DNA from: an uncultured Gammaproteobacteria bacterium | Lineage (GTDB): Bacteria > Patescibacteriota > Patescibacteriia > UBA2591 > UBA6264 | Assembly: GCA_964507075.1 (NCBI GenBank) | Contig: CAZDOL010000015.1 | Coordinates: 1-10,295 of the forward strand | Length of the DNA: 10,295 nucleotides | Direction: 5' to 3' | Shown: in pieces, positions 6,603-10,295 of the stretch | How positions within the stretch are numbered: the first letter of the stretch is position 1 | Layout of the letters: every line of letters begins with the position of its first letter | The notes under the pieces: model-generated | Told to the model about the DNA's origin: nothing | Database searches by the model: none | What the model saw: the letters and a program-made list of their open reading frames with translations, nothing else | Translations under genes and position numbers: made by a program

Positions 6603-6917
6603 ATGCCTAAACATTGGCAAAACAAACAAACCACTAATTTATTTAAAGCAATTCTTAAACTAGAAAATATAAAAGAATGTGAAATCTTTTTTCGTGACCT
6701 TTGTACTTTAGAAGAAATTACAGAAATGTCTAATCGTTGGCGGGTTGTTCAATTGCTTGGTCAAGGGTTGTCATATAGAGAGATTGCCAAACAAACCGAA
6801 TTAAGCACAACAACAGTTACCCGAGTAGCCCATTGGATAGAACATGGAAAAGGGGGATATAAATTGATTCTTAAACGATTCAAAAAAAATGGACAAATTA
6901 AAGAAAAAAATAGATAA
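6603..6917 (+). CDS. TrpR-like helix-turn-helix protein of the YerC/YecD family
   Basis: The ~100 aa protein carries the characteristic stretch FFRDLCTLEEITEMSNRWRVVQLLGQGLSYREIAKQTELSTTTVTRVAHWIEHGKGGY. This matches the YerC/YecD pattern DLcT..E......R..v...L..g.sYreIa...g.St.TitRv......G.gGY. Confidence 0.8.
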   Translation: MPKHWQNKQTTNLFKAILKLENIKECEIFFRDLCTLEEITEMSNRWRVVQLLGQGLSYREIAKQTELSTTTVTRVAHWIEHGKGGYKLILKRFKKNGQIKEKNR

Positions 6918-6998
6918 TAATCATCATAGCAAATTCTCCTTATTGCCAAAGAGGTTGATTTGCTTTTGATAAAATATTTTCACTTCAGTCCTTCTCAA

Positions 6999-7026
6999 CC
7001 CCTTTGAAGAAAGGGGATTTTTGTTT
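6999..7026 (+). terminator. Rho-independent terminator downstream of the TrpR-like gene
   Basis: The stem is CCCCTTT (6999-7005) / AAAGGGG (7010-7016) with a GAAG loop, followed by ATTTTTGTTT. Confidence 0.6.
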
Positions 7027-7052
7027 ATTATTTATTAATTTTTTAAAATATT

Positions 7053-8375
7053 ATGGAAAACAACATCAAGTCATTGAAACTTCAACTAGCAAAAGGCGCA
7101 AGAGATTTAACTCCGACAACAATGATTAAGCGTCAAGCAATTATTAAAACTTTACAAAAAAATTTTGAATTATATGGTTATAATCCGTTAGAAACGCCAA
7201 TTATAGAACGTTATGACCTTTTTGCGTCAAAATTTTCTCAAGGAAACGAATCTGAAGCTATGAAAGAAACATTTAAGTTGGTTGACCAAGGTAAACGAAT
7301 GTTAGTTTTGAGAAATGAATTTACTGTTCCATTGGGTAGATTTGTAGGCATGAATCCAAATCTTAAGATGCCCTTTAAACGTTATCAAATGGGGCCAGTA
7401 TTTCGTGATGGACCAATTAAGCTCGGTAGATATAGAGAATTCTGGCAGTGTGACGCAGATGTTGTCGGCGCAAAAAGTATGTTAGCTGACGCCGAGAGTA
7501 TTCAACTTCTTCAAAGCATATTTAATGAACTTAACATGGATGTAGAAATTCGAATTAATAATCGAAAAATTTTAAATGGCATTTTAAATTTAGCAAATAT
7601 TCCAAATGATTCAAACGATTCAGTGATAATTACAATTGATAAATTAGATAGAATGGGTCTTAACGGAGTGAAACAAGAACTTTTAGACAAAGGCATTAAC
7701 AAGACTTCAGTTAATAAAATTTTGAATATTGTTAAAATTTCAGGAAACAATGAAAAAAAGATAAAACAATTAGAAGATATTTTAGGAAAAAATACTGGCA
7801 TAGAGGAAATCAAGACAATGATGGACTATTTAACCAACCAAAAAAATATCGTATTATCACCATTCATGGCAAGAGGACTTGCTTATTATACAGGTAACAT
7901 TTTTGAGGTTTATCTGAAAAATGACAAATTGTCCGTTTCTTTGGCTGGCGGAGGTAGATTTGATAGGATGATTAGCGGATTCTTACAAAACAAAAAAGAA
8001 TATCCAGCCGTTGGTTTCTCTTTGGGTTTAGAAACCATCCTTGATGTAATATCGTTAGATTGTAAAAAAACAAAAAATAGTGTCGTTGAAATTTTTGTTA
8101 TTCCTGTTGGCGAAAAAACAATTAAGGAAGCCTTTCGTATTGCTTCTCAATTACGTGATTCAGGCATTAATGCTGACATAGATTTATTGAATAGGTCTTT
8201 AACAAAGAATTTAAAATACGCAAACGAACTTAATATAAAATATGTTTTGTTCATTGGAGAAGAAGAGATTAAAAGGCGTATCGTGCGTTTAAAAAATATG
8301 GAGACAGGAGAACAAATAAAAATTAAGAAAAAAGATTTAATAAGCAAGTTAAAACAACTAACAAATAAAAAATAG
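7053..8375 (+). CDS. hisS: Histidyl-tRNA synthetase (class II)
   Basis: Motif 2 region: YQMGPVFRDGPIKLGRYREFWQCDADVVG. HisRS-specific and motif 3 region: LAGGGRFDRMI and AVGFSLGLE. There is a C-terminal anticodon-binding domain (VEIFVIPVGE...YVLFIGEEE), and the protein is 440 aa. Confidence 0.9.
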   Translation: MENNIKSLKLQLAKGARDLTPTTMIKRQAIIKTLQKNFELYGYNPLETPIIERYDLFASKFSQGNESEAMKETFKLVDQGKRMLVLRNEFTVPLGRFVGMNPNLKMPFKRYQMGPVFRDGPIKLGRYREFWQCDADVVGAKSMLADAESIQLLQSIFNELNMDVEIRINNRKILNGILNLANIPNDSNDSVIITIDKLDRMGLNGVKQELLDKGINKTSVNKILNIVKISGNNEKKIKQLEDILGKNTGIEEIKTMMDYLTNQKNIVLSPFMARGLAYYTGNIFEVYLKNDKLSVSLAGGGRFDRMISGFLQNKKEYPAVGFSLGLETILDVISLDCKKTKNSVVEIFVIPVGEKTIKEAFRIASQLRDSGINADIDLLNRSLTKNLKYANELNIKYVLFIGEEEIKRRIVRLKNMETGEQIKIKKKDLISKLKQLTNKK

Positions 8376-8392
8376 TTCATTTAAAATTAAAA

Positions 8393-8400
8393 AAGGAGGT
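8393..8400 (+). promoter_or_regulatory. Strong Shine-Dalgarno sequence for the 8405 gene
   Basis: AAGGAGGT lies 4 nt upstream of the GTG start at 8405. The other start codons in this window that I inspected mostly lack anything comparable. Confidence 0.6.
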
Positions 8401-8404
8401 AAAA

Positions 8405-9325
8405 GTGAAAATCAATTTTTTTGATTTCGACATGGACGAGTCCATTGTCGCCCCGATCATCTATGGCGAGAATCGCCATTACACGACAAATAGGGGTGTC
8501 ATAATTTCTAGCGAGGCGAGGCAGGAACTCAAAAAATTTTTGTCTGGTTTCAATGCTTCAGTTAACGTTGAGCAAATTCCGTATTATCGCATTGACATAT
8601 ATTTCAATAATCAATTCCTGTGGATACTTGAAATCAATGCGTCATTCGTGGATGGGTGGGGGACGGCACTGAATCTCTCTCGCGCAAGCAATATCGTAGT
8701 TGATCCAACGCGGCTCATATTTCCAAAACGATTCGTAACTAAAAGTAAAATGTATTTACCCGAACTTGAGCTGTTTATGTCTGAGATGTCCGCTTTGGGC
8801 ATCAACGACCATAGTATTTGTGACCATAGTATTTGCGAGCGGGACGGCAACAGCGCTGATCCGATTTATGTCTACGGACGTGTCGGATTAAAAAACCAGC
8901 CACACATATTACCATACGAGGGACTGCGGCTCGATAACAAGCTCAATCTCGGACTATTCAGTCGGGCGTGGAATGGGAACATGGTAAAAATTCCACGACA
9001 TTACATCAATCGTTTTGAGCCGTGGGAAAAAATTCCTAATGAAGTGGTTCTTAAATTTTGCGACAAGGGAAGCGAAGAGTGTCAGCGAGCAGGCGAGAGT
9101 GTTTTATTTAATAAGCCGACAGGTAAAGCGCCCTTTCTTAAGCGGTGTTATAAGGCAGAGACACTTCTAGCTCAAGATTTCGTACGTCCGTCGAAGCAAA
9201 ATAGAGACAATTGTCAGTTGGTTGTTTTAGTAATCGGCGATGAACCGATTACCGGCTATGTGCAATATAGCTGGAATAAAATTATCAACGACAATTCTAC
9301 TCATGGCCCTTTGTGTATCAATTAA
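8405..9325 (+). CDS. Hypothetical protein, probably a divergent glutathionylspermidine-synthase-like (GSP_synth / YgiC-YjfC type) ATP-grasp amidoligase
   Basis: The order of motifs resembles the GspS/YgiC/YjfC family:
- YYRIDIYFNNQFLWILEINASFVDGWG (cf. R.D....vkLLEyNaDtP)
- DNKLNLGLFSRAW (cf. sNKglmplLw)
- VVLKFCDKGSEECQRAGESVLF (cf. yVrKP.ysreGgnV.if)
- LLAQDFV (cf. miyQaF)
- LVVLVIGDEPITGYVQYSWNKIINDNSTHGPLCI (cf. ligsWiv.de.cGmgiRed..liT.d.SrfvPHyi)

The start is GTG with a strong SD. G+C is far above that of the neighbouring genes. This is recognition by eye, not an alignment. Confidence 0.45.
   Translation: MKINFFDFDMDESIVAPIIYGENRHYTTNRGVIISSEARQELKKFLSGFNASVNVEQIPYYRIDIYFNNQFLWILEINASFVDGWGTALNLSRASNIVVDPTRLIFPKRFVTKSKMYLPELELFMSEMSALGINDHSICDHSICERDGNSADPIYVYGRVGLKNQPHILPYEGLRLDNKLNLGLFSRAWNGNMVKIPRHYINRFEPWEKIPNEVVLKFCDKGSEECQRAGESVLFNKPTGKAPFLKRCYKAETLLAQDFVRPSKQNRDNCQLVVLVIGDEPITGYVQYSWNKIINDNSTHGPLCIN
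8807..8836 (+). repeat. In-frame 15-bp tandem duplication inside the 8405..9325 CDS
   Basis: GACCATAGTATTTGT (8807-8821) is immediately followed by GACCATAGTATTTGC (8822-8836). There is one synonymous difference. The pair encodes DHSIC-DHSIC. Confidence 0.95.
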
Positions 9326-9330
9326 AAATT

Positions 9331-9364
9331 AGGGGGTACATCAATGTATCCCCTCTCTTTTTAT
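9331..9364 (+). terminator. Hairpin plus T-tract after the 8405..9325 gene, a candidate intrinsic terminator or translational hairpin
   Basis: The stem is AGGGGGTACA (9331-9340) / TGTATCCCCT (9345-9354), 10 bp with one G-U pair, and the loop is TCAA. It is followed by CTCTTTTTAT. The stem and loop contain the ATG at 9344. Confidence 0.4.
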
Positions 9365-9943
9365 AAAATTATGAAAACTATAATTTGTGACATTGACGGA
9401 ACGATTACAAATATGTGGCCGATAGAAAAATCGATAATTTTGTATATGACAGATATAAAATTTAAAAAAGATATTGATCTTATGAGGTTATCAGATGTTT
9501 CCGATACATATAAAATTTTTTTCAAATTTTCTAATAAAAAGATGAGTAAGAAAAAATACACTGATTTTTATAACAAATCTTTTTCCAATCTTCTGAAAAA
9601 AGATAAGTTGCCAATGCTTGAAAAATATCCTTTAGTAAATTGGATTTTTAATAACAAAGAAAAGTATCGTTTTGTTTACGTAACAGGTGGGCAACGGACA
9701 GAAACTTGCTATGTGCTTAAAAGTTTTGGTTTAGCGAAATACTTTGACCTTGCAAATTCGGTTGATAAAACGACTTGTCGCTTTTCAAAAAAAACCGGTA
9801 TTCCTTTTAGGAAAATCAAATCAAAATTTAACGATTGCATTTTAATTTCTGATAGCAAGGCTGATTGTGAAGGAGCTGACTTGATGAAAATTCCTTTTGT
9901 TTTAGTAAAACCAAAGCAGAAAAATTTTGATTTGATTTTGTAG
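9344..9943 (+). CDS. HAD-superfamily hydrolase/phosphatase, capped (subfamily I-like)
   Basis: The four HAD motifs are present:
- Motif I: IICDIDGTIT (DxDGT)
- Motif II: FVYVTGG
- Motif III: a Lys in the SKKTGIPFRK region
- Motif IV: LISDSKADCEGA

A ~85 aa insert between motifs I and II indicates a cap domain. The start is ambiguous. ATG 9344 has AGGGGG 7 nt upstream but lies within the hairpin. ATG 9371 (MKTIICDIDGT) gives the typical HAD N-terminus. Confidence 0.75.
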   Translation: MYPLSFYKIMKTIICDIDGTITNMWPIEKSIILYMTDIKFKKDIDLMRLSDVSDTYKIFFKFSNKKMSKKKYTDFYNKSFSNLLKKDKLPMLEKYPLVNWIFNNKEKYRFVYVTGGQRTETCYVLKSFGLAKYFDLANSVDKTTCRFSKKTGIPFRKIKSKFNDCILISDSKADCEGADLMKIPFVLVKPKQKNFDLIL

Positions 9944-10085
9944 GATAGAATTTTTTATCAAGCGCTTTTGGCAAATTACGCAACCACACGTAATATTAAT
10001 AAGAAAGGGTGTCTATAAATAGTTTAAGCATATTTGTTTAAAAATAGGAAATAAGTTATTAAAAATTAATTTATTTCCTTTACAT

Positions 10086-10159
10086 GGTGGTCGTAGCTCA
10101 ATTGGCAGAGCGCTGGCTTGTGACGTCAGAGGTTGCGGGATCATTGCCCGTCGGCCGCC
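10086..10159 (+). tRNA. tRNA-His (anticodon GUG) with genomically encoded G-1 and discriminator C73, and no encoded CCA
   Basis: Hand-folded cloverleaf:
- G-1 at 10086
- acceptor stem GUGGUCG / CGGCCGC, with two G-U pairs
- U8 A9
- D arm GCUC-AAUUGGCA-GAGC
- anticodon arm CUGGC-UUGUGAC-GUCAG, with the anticodon GUG at 34-36
- variable loop AGGUU
- T arm GCGGG-AUCAUUG-CCCGU
- C73 at 10159, followed by CTT. Confidence 0.9.
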
Positions 10160-10183
10160 CTTCTATAACAATAATCTAGAAAT

Positions 10184-10216
10184 AAAAAGTTTGGACACCG
10201 AGTGTCCAAACTTTTT
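10184..10216. terminator. Bidirectional rho-independent terminator
   Basis: This is a perfect 15-bp inverted repeat, AAAAAGTTTGGACAC (10184-10198) / GTGTCCAAACTTTTT (10202-10216), with a CGA loop. The A-run on one side and the T-run on the other give a U-tract on both strands. It sits between tRNA-His and a converging open frame. Confidence 0.75.
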
Positions 10217-10232
10217 GTATAATGTTTTTTTA

Positions 10233-10295
10233 TTAAATTTTGATTATTTCTCCAGGGGAATGTAGATTCAAAATGTTTTCTGGAATATTAATAAT
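10233..10295 (-). CDS. Possible 3' end of a minus-strand gene entering from beyond the window
   Basis: Only one minus-strand frame is open from the window edge (..IINIPENILNLHSPGEIIKI*). Its stop TAA is at 10235-10233, 16 nt before the bidirectional terminator. With only 20 codons visible, this is weak. Confidence 0.25.
   Translation of the reverse strand: MINIPENILNLHSPGEIIKI

Noticed and set aside
6761-6949. 62-aa minus-strand ORF overlapping the YerC-like gene, together with an AAGGAG-like sequence on the minus strand near 6935
   Set aside because: The ORF starts at a TTG and lies antisense to a gene with a clear family signature. The SD-like sequence precedes only a 9-codon frame (MMIIIYFFL*), so I treat it as coincidence.
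6918-7052. Possible T-box or other leader upstream of hisS, because a terminator hairpin sits 27 nt before the start codon
   Set aside because: The available space (~135 nt) is too short for a T-box. I find no T-box consensus (AANNNGGGTGGNACCGCG-like) and no specifier or stem I architecture. The hairpin is better explained as the terminator of the upstream YerC-like gene.
7511-8380. Minus-strand ORFs of 100 aa and 77 aa inside hisS
   Set aside because: Both lie antisense to hisS, are low-complexity with Phe/Ser/Ile-rich composition, and have no motifs.
8611-8850. 79-aa minus-strand ORF inside the GC-rich gene, including a mirrored SQILW SQILW repeat
   Set aside because: The repeat is just the reverse-complement reading of the 15-bp duplication. 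The plus-strand frame is far longer, has an SD, and carries family-like motifs.
9361-9561. 66-aa minus-strand ORF inside the HAD gene
   Set aside because: It lies antisense to a gene with all four HAD motifs and appears to be a shadow ORF.
9975-10079. Small hairpins in the HAD/tRNA spacer (ATTACG-N8-CGTAAT at 9975-9994; AGGAAATAA-N16-TTATTTCCT at 10046-10079)
   Set aside because: The stems are short and AT-rich, without U-tracts or recognisable motifs. They are within what AT-rich intergenic DNA produces by chance, although the second may be part of the tRNA promoter or leader.
8380-10217. tRNA-targeted genomic island with integrase and att repeats
   Set aside because: There is no integrase or recombinase ORF. 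I could not find a direct repeat of the tRNA-His 3' segment anywhere in the window. Only the composition shift supports foreign origin, so I report it as a compositional islet and not as a mobile element.
1-10295. CRISPR arrays, transposases, toxin-antitoxin pairs and recoded stop codons
   Set aside because: I saw no regularly spaced direct repeats and no transposase or integrase motifs. TGA terminates at least the isomerase and RuBisCO genes at positions consistent with full-length proteins, so the standard bacterial code fits.

Overview
The window is AT-rich, at roughly 30% G+C by eye, and tightly packed. Its gene content looks like a reduced-genome bacterium, possibly CPR/Patescibacteria. 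That assignment is an inference from ThyX, an archaeal-type RuBisCO operon, tiny intergenic gaps and mostly Shine-Dalgarno-less starts. TGA is used as a stop codon.

Gene order:
- the 3' part of a class B penicillin-binding transpeptidase
- a small membrane protein with an acidic tail
- fmt (minus strand)
- thyX
- a Lys-rich orphan gene (minus strand)
- a three-gene overlapping operon: eIF-2B-family ribose-1,5-bisphosphate isomerase, a HIGH-motif nucleotidyltransferase, and a catalytically complete form III-type RuBisCO large subunit
- a TrpR-like YerC/YecD regulator
- hisS
- a single gene of much higher G+C that reads like a divergent glutathionylspermidine-synthase-like ATP-grasp amidoligase
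- a capped HAD phosphatase
- tRNA-His (GUG) with an encoded G-1
- a bidirectional terminator

The items most worth a second look are:
1. the nucleotidyltransferase wedged by translational coupling into the nucleoside-salvage RuBisCO operon
2. a ~140-bp long-range inverted repeat lying exactly between two divergent, apparently leaderless promoters upstream of that operon
3. the GC-rich amidoligase-like gene plus HAD gene, bracketed by hisS and tRNA-His, with an in-frame 15-bp tandem duplication

No CRISPR array, transposase or integrase is visible. All functional calls come from motif recognition by eye, not from database searches.
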